From the NCBI GenBank assembly GCA_950097015.1, contig CATNEN010000028.1, positions 372,001-436,000 of the forward strand: a DNA stretch of 64,000 bases, read 5' to 3'. Source of the DNA: Macrostomum hystrix. Its lineage: Eukaryota > Animalia > Platyhelminthes. Position 1 is the first letter of the stretch; each line of letters starts with the position of its first letter. The position numbers and the translations under genes were made by a program. Positions 1 to 13,210 of the stretch are shown in pieces. The notes under the pieces were generated by a model that made no database searches, had not been told where the DNA came from, and saw nothing but the letters and a program-made list of their open reading frames with translations.

Positions 1-830
1 GACAATTGCATTAGACAGACACACTGGAGAGTGACAATGACAATATCATGACAAAAACGACAAAAACGAAGAGAAATGTTTGGAAACAGACCTGGTACAA
101 TTTGTTTTGTTGCTAACAGCTAACAGACCTAAAATAGTTTAAAATTTCAATGATGAAGGCGTTGGTGATAAAAGCACAATAAGCGGTAAAGTAGAAAAAT
201 TTAAAAAGATAATTAACGCAAGATTAAAATAGAGGCCATCAAATAAAAGTGGATCATAATTGAAATAGGAAAATTTGTGCCATTCAAGAAACCAATTAAC
301 AATGTGCTAAAAGCAAATGACCGGCATACCTCTATACAGGTTGACAACTAGACAGAGACCATGATTAGAGCTATTAGGTTGTGTTGAGTGATGCTAATTT
401 AGTGCAGTATGCGGCAAAGCAACTAAACTACTAGTTGGTAAAAGGCTGCTTTTAGAAGCGAAAATAGAAAATAAAGAAACAAAATAACAAAGAAAATAAC
501 TTAACAGAGCAATTCAGAACAAATAACAAACACACAAGAGCAGCAGAGAATAACAAATTACATTCATAAAGTCATCCTGCATTGAAATTCCTGATAACAT
601 TTTTATTTTATACTAGCTGTATAAGATATGACACTCCTTAATATTGACCATTCTCAAAGTACACGAATGGTTGGCGAGATTGTACTAGAGACGGGTCAGG
701 GTTACGTACATACTGACGCATACCCTATGTCGGCGATTCTCTCGCGTAGAAAATAATCGACGACTTTACTGTCTAGGGCAAAAAAAATCTGCGATTCTCT
801 CAGCTAAAAAATACGAGTAGAAGAAGTCAA

Positions 831-1910
831 GAAAATCGACGATTCTCACATGTAGAGAAAAACGACGATTCTCACGGGTAGAAAAATCGACGATTCTCAG
901 ATGTAGAAAAATCGAAGATTTTCACAGGTACAAAAATCGACGATTCTCACATGTAGAAAAATCGACGATTCTGCCATGTAGAAAAATCGACGATTCTGCC
1001 ATGTAGAAAAATCGACGATTCTGCCATGTAGAAAAATCGACGATTCTGCCATGTAGAAAAATCGACGATTCTTACATGTAGAAAAATCGACGATTATCAC
1101 ATGTAGAAAAATCTACGATTCTCACATATAGAAAAATCGACGATTTTGACATGTAGAAAAATCGACGATTCTCACAGGTAGATAAATCGACGATTCTGAC
1201 ATGTAGAAAAATCGACGATTCTCACGGGTAGATAAATCGACGATTCTCACAGGTAGATAAATCGACGATTCTGACATGTAGAAAAATCGACGATTCTCAC
1301 GGGTAGATAAATCGACGATTCTCACAGGTAGATAAATCGACGATTCTGACATGTAGAAAAATCGACGATTCTCACGGGTAGATAAATCGACGATTCTCAC
1401 AAGTAGATAAATCGACGATTCTGACATGTAGAAAAATCGACGATTCTCACGGGTAGATAAATCGACGATTCTCACAGGTAGATAAATCGACGATTCTCAC
1501 AGGTACAAAAATCGACGATTCTCACATGTAGAAAAATCGACTTTTCTCACAGGTAGATAAATAGACGATTCTCATATGTAGAAAAATCGACGATTCACAC
1601 ATGTAGAAAAATCGACGATTCTCACATGTAGAAAAATCGACTTTTCTCACAGGTAGATAAATAGACGATTCTCATATGTAGAAAAATCGACGATTCCCAC
1701 ATGTAGAAAAATCGACGATTCTGACATGTAGAAAAATCGACGATTCTCACAGGTAGAAAAATCGACGATTTTGACATGTAGAAAAATAGACGATTCTCAC
1801 AGGTAGATAAATCGACGATTTTGACATGTAGAAAAATCGACGATTCTGACATGTAGAAAAATCGACGATTCTCACAGGTACAAAAATCGACGATTCTCAC
1901 ACGTAGAAAA
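831..1910. repeat. 25-bp minisatellite (ATGTAGAAAAATCGACGATTCTCAC and variants), ~43 copies
   Basis: Direct tandem periodicity of 25 nt. The ORFs at 897-1900 are translations of this repeat. Confidence 0.95.
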
Positions 1911-2074
1911 CGGTAAAAAATATAGTATTTTCTTAGTTATAAAAAGCGACGATTCTATAGGGTAGAAAATAATCGGCGACTCTCACAAGTAAAAAATCGG
2001 GCATTCTGTGCGGCAGGCATGATACTCGAACATCAAATCGTGTTAAAAACGAAGCAGCAAATAAAAAATTAAGA

Positions 2075-4183
2075 CTACGCCTGCTGTCCTCTAGAAGACT
2101 GTCTCCAGCTGCCCGCGCTGTCATTCCGACCTCCGGCGCGCTGCGATCCCAAATGACCGATGATGAAGCGTCGGGCAGTGCCGGCGTCAGTCTCCGGGCG
2201 ACGCTTCGCCGGCGCAAGGACATCCGGGTCGGCTGCGGTTTGCGTTGAGGCGGTAGAAGCGGCTGCAGCTGCTGACAGCCAAGCAGCCACTGCAGGACTA
2301 GCTTTCGACACCTTACGGAGGTAACACGGAATTAGACAGCTGTATACCCGCCTAGCTAGGGATGGAAATCCAAGCTTTTAAGATCCCAAATTTATCTCGA
2401 ATAGAAAGAATATACCTAATCTAAGGATCCCAATCCTAAATAGAATGAATATCCCAAATCTAAGGATCCCAATCCTAAATAGAATGAATATCCCAAATCT
2501 AAGGATCCCTATCCTAAATAGAATGAATATCCCAAATCTAAGGATCCCTATCCTAAATAGAATGAATATCCCAAATCTAAGGATCCCTATCCTAAATAGA
2601 ATGAATATCCCAAATCTAAGGATCCCTATCCTAAATAGAATGAATATCCCAAATCTAAGGATCCCTATCCTAAATAGAATGAATATCCCAAATCTAAGGA
2701 TCCCAATCCTAAATAGAATGAATATCCCAAATCTAATGTTCCCAATCCTAAATAGAATGAATATCCCAAATCTAAGGATCCCTATCCTAAATAGAATGAA
2801 TATCCCAAATCTAAGGTTCCCAATCCTAAATAGAATGAATATCCCAAATCTAAGGTTCCCAATCCTAAATAGAATGAATATCCCAAATCTAAGGATCCCA
2901 ATCCTAAATAGAATGAATATCCCAAATCTAAGGTTCCCAATCCTAAATAGAATGAATATCCCAAATCTAAGGATCCCAATCCTAAATAGAATGAATATCC
3001 CAAATCTAAGGATCCCAATCCTAAATAGAATGAATATCCCAAATCTAAGGATCCCAATCCTAAATAGAATGAATATCCCAAATCTAATGTTCCCAATCCT
3101 AAATAGAATGAAAATCCCAAATCTAAGGTTCCCTATCCTAAATAGAATGAATATCCCAAATCTAAGGATCCCAATCCTAAATAGAATGAATATCCCAAAT
3201 CTAAGGTTCCCAATCCTAAATAGAATGAATATCCCAAATCTAATTTTCCCAATCCTAAATAGAATGAAAATCCCAAATCTAAGGTTCCCTATCCTAAATA
3301 GAATGAATATCCCAAATCTAAGGATCCCAATCGTAAATAGAATGAATATCCCAAATCTAATGTTCCCAATCCTAAATAGAAAGAATATCCCAAATCTAAG
3401 GTTCCCAATCCCAAATAGAATGAATATCCCTAATGTAAGAATCCCAATCCTAAATAGAATGAATATCCCAAATCTAAGGATTCCAATCCTAAATAGAAAG
3501 AATATCCCAAATCTAAGGCTCCCAATCCCAAATAGAATGAATATCCCTAATGTAAGAATCCCAATCCTAAACAGAATGAATATCCCAAATTTTCAGATCC
3601 CAATCACAAATATAAGGACTTTTATCCCAAATTTAAGGGCCCAATCCCAACAAAAATAATTATCCCAAATCTACGGAAATATCCCACATTCTCACCGGCC
3701 GCATTCTCATGCAGTCTGGGGGATCAGCGGCTGCCAGTTCCGCCTCGGAAGCGGACGCAAAAGCCGCCAACAGGTGGCCATCGTCGACAAAGTGCACCCT
3801 GGGCTGGCCAAAGCGGCGCAAAGCGTGGGCCACATTGTCAACGTGCAGATCCGTGGCAAAGTCGTACAGTTCCATCAGGTGGCCGAGCCTGCCGCTGTCT
3901 ATGGCCGCAGTCTTTGTTGTCGGAGCCAATGACAGGCTGCCAATATCAGGCGCAGCTGATGCCGTCGGCCGCCTGCGAACCCATTTGTCTCGCTCGGCCG
4001 CTTCGCGCCTAGCTTCGCGTCTGCGACGCTGTTCGTCGGCTTCGAGACGTCGACGACGCTCGTCGGCCTCCTCGGCCTGACGAATTAGTTGGGCCCGCCG
4101 GCCTGGCGGCACGTACTTTGCCTGGTCTGGCTTGCGCTGGGACAGCTGCTCGCCGGACGAATCTGACTCGGCTACTGGGGGGC
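2075..4183 (-). CDS. R3HCC1L: R3HCC1/R3HCC1L (GIDRP88)-like coiled-coil protein with RRM-like domain; exons 4183-3696 and 2311-2075; 5' exon not located
   Basis: Motifs [22 protein letters not shown]...[11 protein letters not shown]...MRP and [24 protein letters not shown] match remembered R3HCC1/R3HCC1L hallmarks. Phase-0 intron CCG|gtgag (3695) to taag|GTG (2312). The upstream acceptor ctaatctgtccatgcag at 4184 is phase 1, so an earlier exon is needed. Confidence 0.75.
2380..3685. repeat. 39-bp minisatellite filling the R3HCC1L-like intron, ~32 copies
   Basis: Unit ATGAATATCCCAAATCTAAGGATCCCAATCCTAAATAGA. It explains the 404-aa ORF 2445-3659. Confidence 0.95.
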
Positions 4184-7100
4184 CTGCATGGACAGATTAG
4201 TGCATGTAAATCCAGATGGTGAACAACTAACTACATGACGAGGAATTTAATTATAAAAACTAGTGTATAGTTGCTCCTGCTGTTTACCTAAAGGCTAAAC
4301 AATTCTAAGAATTGTTTCATCGGTATTAAGCATATTAAATTGGTTGGATTACTTAAATTTAATATGTTGCTTCTGATAGTTGACACTTTTTGTCAGCTAT
4401 TCTTCATAAGGATTTTAAAAAGTTTTTTTGTTTTAAAGTTCTTGTTGTTGCAAAAATTGTACTTAAAGCTTTGCCAGTGAGCTTTCCAAACTTTAAAGAC
4501 TTTTTCAAACTCTAAGCCTGATAAATTTTATAGTATTACCTATGAAAGATATTAATATTGATTTTTTACTCTACTGTTGGTTTATGTATCCCCTTGAAAC
4601 CAGCCCAAAAAGTTTTTGAAAACTTAATAAATTAATACTATCATTCAGCACTGTACAATAGATCTAAACAATAAAAGTTTCAGTGGCTTGCTAAATGAAG
4701 GTAAATTTTTTGTTATTTTCTTTCTTTTGTTCATTCAATTATACAAAAAACTGGGGCTAGCTACAGTACCAAAACAATACTTGTTTTTTATGACATCAAA
4801 CAAATAATAAGTTAGGCAAAAAGCTAAAGCTAGTCTACAATTAGTAACAAAGTTGTTTTATAATTGAAGACATACTATTTCGTAATAGCTTATAATTAGT
4901 TCAGTTGAGATAAGCAGTACATTAAATATTGTGCAAAACTACTTAGTTGCATTAAACAAACTATAAAACTTTGTATACCCCTGGTTTTTTCATCCTTTCA
5001 ATTCAGAGCATATATATATATTTAGATTTTTTTATAGAAGTATCTAATAAAATTATGTATTTTCATTTTTGGCCCTCTAGGGCAACAAATAGCACAAGCC
5101 CCCAAGCCCTTTCCCACCATCAATGCCCAAAAAGAATGTGGCCTTAACATGGAATCAAGCTAATGGATCTTGGTGCCCATATTTTAATAAGTGGACAAAT
5201 TGTGTCCAACCATCTGTTGAATTTTCTGGTGCTTTGTTGTGGTGGGGTCAAGGTAGGCAGTGTTGTAGTGCTATGTAGTTTTGTAGCACAATATGGTCGA
5301 GTGGTGACACTGAATGACCTTTTGGTATTAACAGTTCCTAGACACTTTGTCATCAGCTTTTTTGTTATCATTACACTTTGCTGTCCAGCCAATTGGCGAA
5401 TCTTTAAGTAAAAGTTAGGTCAGTTTGTTATCAATCAATAGAAAGTACAGTGTTTAATTGATTTATAGTTGCTGATGTGTATAGTATATAGAATACTGAG
5501 TGCTAACTATAAGTGTTCCAAGCAATCACAAATGTTAAAATTAATTTATTTAAGTTCATACTACCAACAGTATTGTATGTTAATTTGAATTATTTAAATA
5601 AGTGTTCATTAAGTATAAAGCATTAAGGCAGTTTAGATTGGTACAAAATGGAAAAATGGTAAACAAACATGAAAATGAGACAAAAAAATATTATTAAATT
5701 AAATTAGTAAGAAAGGTTCAACGTAGTATTTCAAGGTAGGCACCAAAATCTATGTAAACTAAGCAATGAAGTAAATATAAAGAAAAATTTCTAGGACTAG
5801 GAGCACTATTGATTGAGGTAGGAATTTGAAACTAAAATATTGAAATTTGCATGAAGTATAAAGACAGCAATTAAAAAACCATATGCTTGCTGCCAATGGG
5901 TTCAAAATGCAATTGACCCTGCCATAAATCATAGAGACGACAAGTTTTGGTAACTCCATCATCCACCCTCTTAGACCCTGGACACTTAGTCATCCCGATG
6001 TCAAAAAAGCAGATGACAGTGTCCAGGAACCCACTGATATGCACTACACAAAGGTGAGTGTCACCAGAATTTTCCAACCAAACTCATACTTTACTGAATA
6101 TGGAGTATATAGCTAGTCAAAACAAATCATGATCTTTAAACAATTACATGCCATAGTGCAATAGGATAGGTATATGCTAGAAGCTTCCATAGTATACAAA
6201 GATTGCCTGTCGTACACATTGTACACAAAGAAAAATGTATAGGGTGCTTGTCATAGACTGCCGTACCCTAAATTATGTCCAAAGTTATGTCATACATGTG
6301 AGTTGAGTTAACATTGTTGTATAATAAGTAAAGTGTGATTGTTAGTTAGAATGTATCAGGAAGCAAAATGGTTAAGTTTTTAACATTACATTTTTACTGA
6401 GTTTTCTATTCCATTTAATAAAGAAAAAATATACATAGTCTTAATAGAAATCTTGCTTTTAATTTCCTTTTTTGCATAGTAGGGCCTTCTGCAAGTTTTG
6501 TTTCACCGCGCATCTTATTAAGAGTTTCAAATCAATTTTCAAATTACAGTTAAAAATGATTTTGTCGTACAACAGTACTAGGCTTATTTGTTCCTAGTAC
6601 TACAACTACAACCATCGTACAACTGAACGAAATAGAAAATTACCTTGCCTTGTACACAAAAATCCTTTTGCACTTTGGATTACATGAAAAATGCATAAAC
6701 TAAATAGCCACAATCAGCTAGATAGAGTAAATTAAAAACTGTTGCCATAAAACTCATCATAGACTCATAGCCACACAGAGGTAGCACATCAATAAGACAC
6801 AAATAATTACCTGTTTTACACTTTGATGAAAGACTAATCATTATCATTTATTTGTTGACAGTGAGTTATGTACAGAAAAAACACACCAAGTTGGAATTGG
6901 AAAACTATGGCAATAGGAAACAATGTTTGCCAATAAACAAAAATTTGTACCGCAAAATTGTATGACTATGACTAGTCTCGTAAAGTCTTGTACAGTCAAA
7001 GACAAGTTAAAAGAATTGTCTCCCATTTATTTTCTAAATTGTCCTAGGTTCTTAGAACGTCTAGTACTTTCCTGTAAAGCAATTCTACTCATCTTATTAA

Positions 7101-7374
7101 AAACATAAGAGTAAAATTTGTATACCAATTCTTTTTAGGTACTGTTTTACTGTAAATAGACACTTAGAAACTGCAAAAGCAGCATGCCAGTTTGTGAAAT
7201 TAGTTTAACTTTGCATAAATGACGAAATTATTTAAAAAATTTCTTTTGATTGTTCGTTTGAGCTAATGATACGCAACAAAATTATTGTCAGTAGCCGTTT
7301 GTTCGATTCGCCAGTTTAAAATTTAATCTTAAAAGTGCGTAAAACTTATTAGTTTAACTTAACGTTTTATAATC

Positions 7375-10300
7375 ATGCTTAACATGTTCAAAAGAGCTAC
7401 AGCTGGAGGTGGTTTGCTTGCTGCTGGAGCAGTTGCGACATATGGTGTATACAACTCTTTCTTTACAGGTAAAGTTTCAGTAGTTTTTATTATCAGTCAA
7501 TAATTTTTTAACTCTACTAGGCGTACTAGCTAAATTAAAGAAATAAATAATTCTTCTTTAATTTCGTTTTCTACCTGTAGTTAGGCCTAGCCTCATATAT
7601 CTAAAGAGGCTAAATCTGCTATGCATCTGCATAGTTGCATGCCAAACAGCTTAGTGCAGACTTATCTTTAGGGTCATCTATATGGTACTGATGCCAGATA
7701 AAAAATCTAAGAGTTTTGTGTACACATTTTTTGCACAAGCCATTGCTTATATTGATTTTTGTGAATATGCAAAGTAGCTAATTTTCATACCAAAGTATTT
7801 CTTGTATGATTTCAACTACTTAATTGTTTCAGTATTTTTTGTATTTTTTCAACAAAGATTTGTATTTATCTTAGAAAAATGTTGTGTTTAAAACTTTGAA
7901 ACTTTCTTACTTTCTTTGTTTAACTAGCTATTTACTATTAACATAATTTTCTTCTGTCTATTAAAATTATTTTAGTTTTTATGTAAAACAGAATTATAAA
8001 GTGTTTCAAATAATTGTGACAAAGTTGCAATGAGTCAACCGCATATGTTTGTATAGCAGTTTAACTGCTGATGTCCAATAGGTGGAGCTTGTATGGATGT
8101 TCTATAGTTATAGTGTGGCGGACAGTCAACACGCGACCGGCCAACAACAGTGCAGCCGCACCCAAACCCCTCAACCTCAGTCTAGTTGAGGTGGGGGTTG
8201 GTGCACCCAGCCAGCCGGCTCGCTAAGCCGGGTGTGAGAAGTCACGCCACCATTTCGCACCTCCCTAGGCCCCTCTATCTCGCTCTTGCGTTTTCTGTAA
8301 ATATAAATATACGTGCCATGCAGCACACTAACTTCGCTGTCACTCCAACTTCGTAAACAAAAGGCCTTCCGCCTTAATAGAATATTTATTATAATATTAA
8401 AGGGCAGCAAAGTGCAGTGTATGAGATTGGAGACACAAAAAGGGTTAGCCCAACTCTAGCTCCAAAAAGGCTCTGTTCAAGAATCTTAAAAAGGTAAATT
8501 GGTTTAAATTAATGCACATTATAATTCTAAGAATGGATCATTATAATGAACAAAGGGCTTACATTACAATAAGAGAAAAATAATACAAGCTGTATCAATA
8601 ATCAGAAAATACCAAAAATAATAGACAATTAAAAGTGGCATATTGTCCCCCAATTCATACTATTAGAAATTATCATATTTTATAACTTTCAGAACTTTCA
8701 TAAAAATCAGATTACCTTTATCTAAATAAGTTTGAATAACCCATGGATAGGCCACACAGATATATAATATAAGTAGTCCCAAAGTCTCACATAACACATT
8801 ATCTGACGTTTCTATTGACTCTTTTTGCTAATTAGCTTAGGGACTAATTTAAGTAGTGTCCTCCCTCTCTTACTATTTTCTTTCTGGTTCTTCCCTCTCT
8901 CTGCCTTTAACCTATCTATATTTCTGTCTTCTTCCTGCCTAGTGTCTCCCCCTATACTTAATATTTTACTATACTAGTAATTGAAAACTGAATAATCTTA
9001 CTATAGTTTGCGCTTATAGACATAGTTATCTATATACTCCATATGAAAAGAATGGCTGCTTTGTAAGGGCATGGTAGAATCTGTTTAAGCAAATTTTAAT
9101 ACCATCGTTGCAAATAAACAATACCCATTGTTTCTTGGCTGCAATTAAACAATAGTTAAAGGTTTTCTAGGAATCAAGAAAAAGCTGCTTAGAGGAAGTT
9201 AGGAAGGCAAGAATATAAAAGCAAGGTGTGCAACTAATTGTGTCTGATCTCTGCAATCCAAAGATCTGGGTGAGATTTGATATCCATTTTAGAAGTTCTT
9301 GCTAGTTTATACAGAAAAGGCTTGAATTGTAACAAAAAGGACAAACAATACTCTTCTAACACAATTAGCCTATATTGACATTGAACTAATTAGTTGTACA
9401 TGCATATTGTGCTTCTTTAGGTTTTATTTTCTTATGCTAAATTTTTGTTACAATATTTAAATTGTAGTTGAGACTGGTCATCGTGCAATCATCTTCAGTC
9501 GCATTGGCGGTCTAAAGGATGAACAGCTGCGTGAAGGATTACATTTTCGGTGAGTGCAGCAAGACCTAGCTATGCCAAAAATATCATTGTGTGCTCTTTA
9601 AAGTCTTATTTAACGTCTTTACAGCTAAGCCTGTTACTTTCTGAAACACAGTTTGAACCCCTTTGTATTATGGGTTTTTAGTCTAGTTTTACCCATAGAA
9701 TCCCCTACTCAATCAACAATGTAATCCCCTACTCAATCAACAATGTAATCCCCTACTCAGTCCCCCATAGAATCCCCTACTCAGTCACCCATAGAATCCC
9801 CTACTCAGTCACCCATAGAATCCCCTACTCAGTCACCCATAGAATCCCCTACTCAGTCACCCATAGAATCCCCTACTCAGTCACCCATAGAATCCCCTAC
9901 TCAGTCACTCATAGAATCCCCTACTCAGTCACCTATAGAATCCCCTACTCAGTCACCCATAGAATCCCCTACTCAGTCACCCATAGAATCCCCTACTCAG
10001 TCACCCATAGAATCCCCTACTCAGTCACCCATAGAATCCCCTACTCAGTCACCCATAGAATCCCCTACTCAGTCACTCATAGAATCCCCTACTCAGTCAC
10101 TCATAGAATCCCCTACTCAGTCACCCATAGAATCCCCTACTCAGTCGCGCATGAAATCCCTCATTGAGTCACGCGATCCCCAATAACCGCACTCACTCCA
10201 GCATTCCGTGGTTCCACCGGCCAATCATCTACGACATTCGGTCCAAGCCGCGCCAGATCAGTAGCCCAACGGGCAGCAAAGACCTGCAAACTGTCAATAT

Positions 10301-11450
10301 TACTCTGCGCGTTCTATGCCGACCAGACGCCGCTGATCTGCAGAATCTCTATCGGCGTCTCGGACCAAACTATGACGAACGCGTGTTGCCTAGCATTGTT
10401 AACGAAGTTTTGAAAGCTGTTGTGGCCAAGTTCAACGCTAGCCAGCTAATTACACAGCGGTCTCAGGTAAAAAAGCTGTCGTGAACCCTATATAGACATT
10501 AATTGTCTGTCATGACCCCCTATAGACTTATCGTTTGCCTCTATTATGATCCCTATCGACCTTCGTCGCGTCTATTATGATCCCTATCGACCTTCGTCGC
10601 GTCTATTATGATCCCTATCGACCTTCGTCGCGTCTATTATGACCCCTATCGACCTTCGTCGCGTCTATTATGATCCCTATCGACCTTCGTCGCGTCTATT
10701 ATGATCCCTATCGACCTTCGTCGCGTCTATTATGACCCCTATCGACCTTCGTCGCGTCTATTATGACCCCTATCAACCTTCGTCGCGTCTATTATGACCC
10801 CTATCGACCTTCGTCGCGTCTATTATGACCCCTATCGACCTTCCTCACGTCTATTATGACCCCTATCGACCTTCGTCTCGTCTATTATGACCCCTATCCA
10901 CCTTCGTCGCGTCTATTATGATCCCTATCGACCTTCATCGCGTCTATTATAACCCCTATCGACCTTCATCGCATTGGTCATAGCTATCCATGCCTAACGG
11001 TAGCCTCTCTAAAATCTACACCCGCAGGTGTCGCTTCTGATCCGCAAGAATCTAATGGAACGCGCCCGCGACTTCAACGTCATCGTTGACGACGTGTCAA
11101 TCACGGACCTGTCATTCTCGCAAGTGTACGCAGCCGCCGTCGAGGCCAAGCAGATCGCCCAGCAGGAGGCGCAGCGTGCCCAATTCTATGTTGAACGGGC
11201 GAGGCAGGAGCGTCAGCAGAAGGTTGTCCAAGCCGAGGGTGAGGCCGAGGCCGCCAGATTGATCGGCGAGGCTGTCAGCCTGAATCCCGGCTATTTGAAG
11301 CTGCGCAAAATCAAAGCCGCCCAGGGCATCGCCCGCACACTGTCCCAATCGCAGAATAGGGCCTATCTAGACTCCGGCGCGCTAATGATGAATCTGCAGG
11401 ACCCGGCATTTGACGAACGAGTCGAAGCCGGGGTTAAGAAGAGGCGATGA
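7375..11450 (+). CDS. PHB2: Prohibitin-2; join(7375..7468,9468..9549,10202..10466,11028..11450), 287 aa
   Basis: [31 protein letters not shown]|[15 protein letters not shown]...EGLHFR|[17 protein letters not shown]...[22 protein letters not shown]|[30 protein letters not shown]...[12 protein letters not shown]. All three introns are GT-AG with matching phases (1, 2, 0). Confidence 0.95.
9691..10145. repeat. 24-bp minisatellite (ATAGAATCCCCTACTCAGTCACCC) in PHB2 intron 2
   Basis: Direct tandem periodicity, ~18 copies. Confidence 0.95.
10541..10972. repeat. 31-bp minisatellite (CTTCGTCGCGTCTATTATGATCCCTATCGAC) in PHB2 intron 3
   Basis: Direct tandem periodicity, ~14 copies. Confidence 0.95.
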
Positions 11451-13210
11451 AGCGGATAAAAATATCGAAATTCGACAAGTTGGCAATAAGCCGGTGACTT
11501 TTGAGGAAGGGTTTGTCAGCATTGTCTGCTATTGAATTTGAAAGTTAACAATCGTCTTATAAATAACAGATTTTCGTGAAAGTCCACCAAATGGATAAAG
11601 ATTTTCCGCAATTTACGCTAAAACTAACGCTGAAACTAACTTTCAAAGCCATCCTACTTTAGCATCGTCAAGATATTCAGCGGTTCTTGTCGAAGACCCT
11701 GGTAACAAGGACAAGTAATGTTGCTCTGTGTAAAGCTCTTTAACGAATCCATATTGGTTCTATAATCAATAAAAACAATCAACAATGATAGTCGGCATGG
11801 TTACATAATGAAATATTTCGACGATGCCGATGCTTTGTGATTCTGAAAGTTGTTTCATCGGATAAAGCGGACAGATTTAAGCCGTCTTCTGAATTTTCAT
11901 GCCGATCGGTTTAATAATTTGAGAGATATATTTAAAAAAATAGGTGGGTATTTGAAATACCCCGAGGTCTATCTGCTGTTAAACAAAGCAGAGAAGATAC
12001 GGAAGGAGCTAAAATTATTGTTTAGAGAAGATCGCTTCTTTTGTTTGTGGCATCTAGAACTTTGAAAAATATGTTTTCGTAACAAATATCGTGTTTTTTT
12101 AGATTAAAAAGTTGTGTTTAAGTTGAGCATATGTTTGAGAACTTGTGTGTTTATTTATTGACGTATGCATTATAATTATGAGTGGACGTCTCCGCTTCCG
12201 GTAAATAAGCTGTCTTATCCTATCGCAAGGAGCCCCTGTTTAATTGTGTTCTAGGCGTTTTCTAGATAAAAAACGTTTTTTCGATCTATATGTTCTTAAT
12301 GTTCTACTGTTAGTAATATACGTAGTTAGTGTCGCATATTTTATTTTGTAGACTGTCGTTAATTTTCACTCTAATTTTTTTAAGAAGCAGGGTTCTGGTA
12401 TCAAAGTCGCGAAGTTTCTAAATAAATTTGAGTCCGTTCCCATCTTTTGTTACTGTGGAACTGAGGAAAATGAAACTACATGATTTGAACTGTATTTTAC
12501 ATACAGTCTTTATCTTTTGTGAGTTTAATTTTAAAATTTATAAGGGGCATAATTAGGAAGCAGTTAAATGTCATTTCGAAAAAAAATAATGCGATTTTTA
12601 ACAAAATCGTGCGATTTCCTAGATTAAGGCGCCATCATTAACAACCTAAAGTGTCATTTTGAACAGTCTATTGCCATTTAAAAGAGTTCCAATTTAACTG
12701 TGCATCGGGAATAACAAAGTCAGACAGTTTTGTTTTCTCGGCATCAGCAAGTCTGTAAATTACTGGCTACACGTAATGCCTCCTACTGTACGTTGCGTTG
12801 AAAATTATTGCTTTACGATTGCACCGTGATGGCTTCAAATCGCCGCTTGTCGTGTTTTTGTGCGCGCGCCTCTTAATTGTACAACAAAGACTAAGCAGTC
12901 TTTATACAAGCATTTAGAATATATATTCGAGCGCACTTAATGACGGTTGATGGGGAGACATTGCGTTCTGGCTTTCTGGAGGGCTCTAAGCCCATCTGTG
13001 ACCCACTTAAAACTAACATTGCCTCTCTGACTGCATTCCAAGAGAGGCCAGCTATATATGTGGCCTGGAAAAGTGGGCCTAAGACACTATCCGTCGTTGT
13101 CATCTGTCGTCTATATAACCCAGCCAAACAATTTTGCACGATTGCAGTTGCAATATGTAATACTGTCATTTTCGTTGGAATTTCTCTTTAAACTATTAAC
13201 TTGGCAGAAC

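Noticed and set aside
5930-6059. Plus-strand exon candidate ending in AAG|GTGAGT at 6053
   Set aside because: No recognisable protein and no partner exons. An isolated donor consensus is weak evidence.
10164-10484. ORF-track start and end for PHB2 exon 3
   Set aside because: The real exon is 10202-10466. The extra residues are intronic.
12891-13191. Short ORFs on both strands before the large array
   Set aside because: No recognisable motifs or supporting splice structure.
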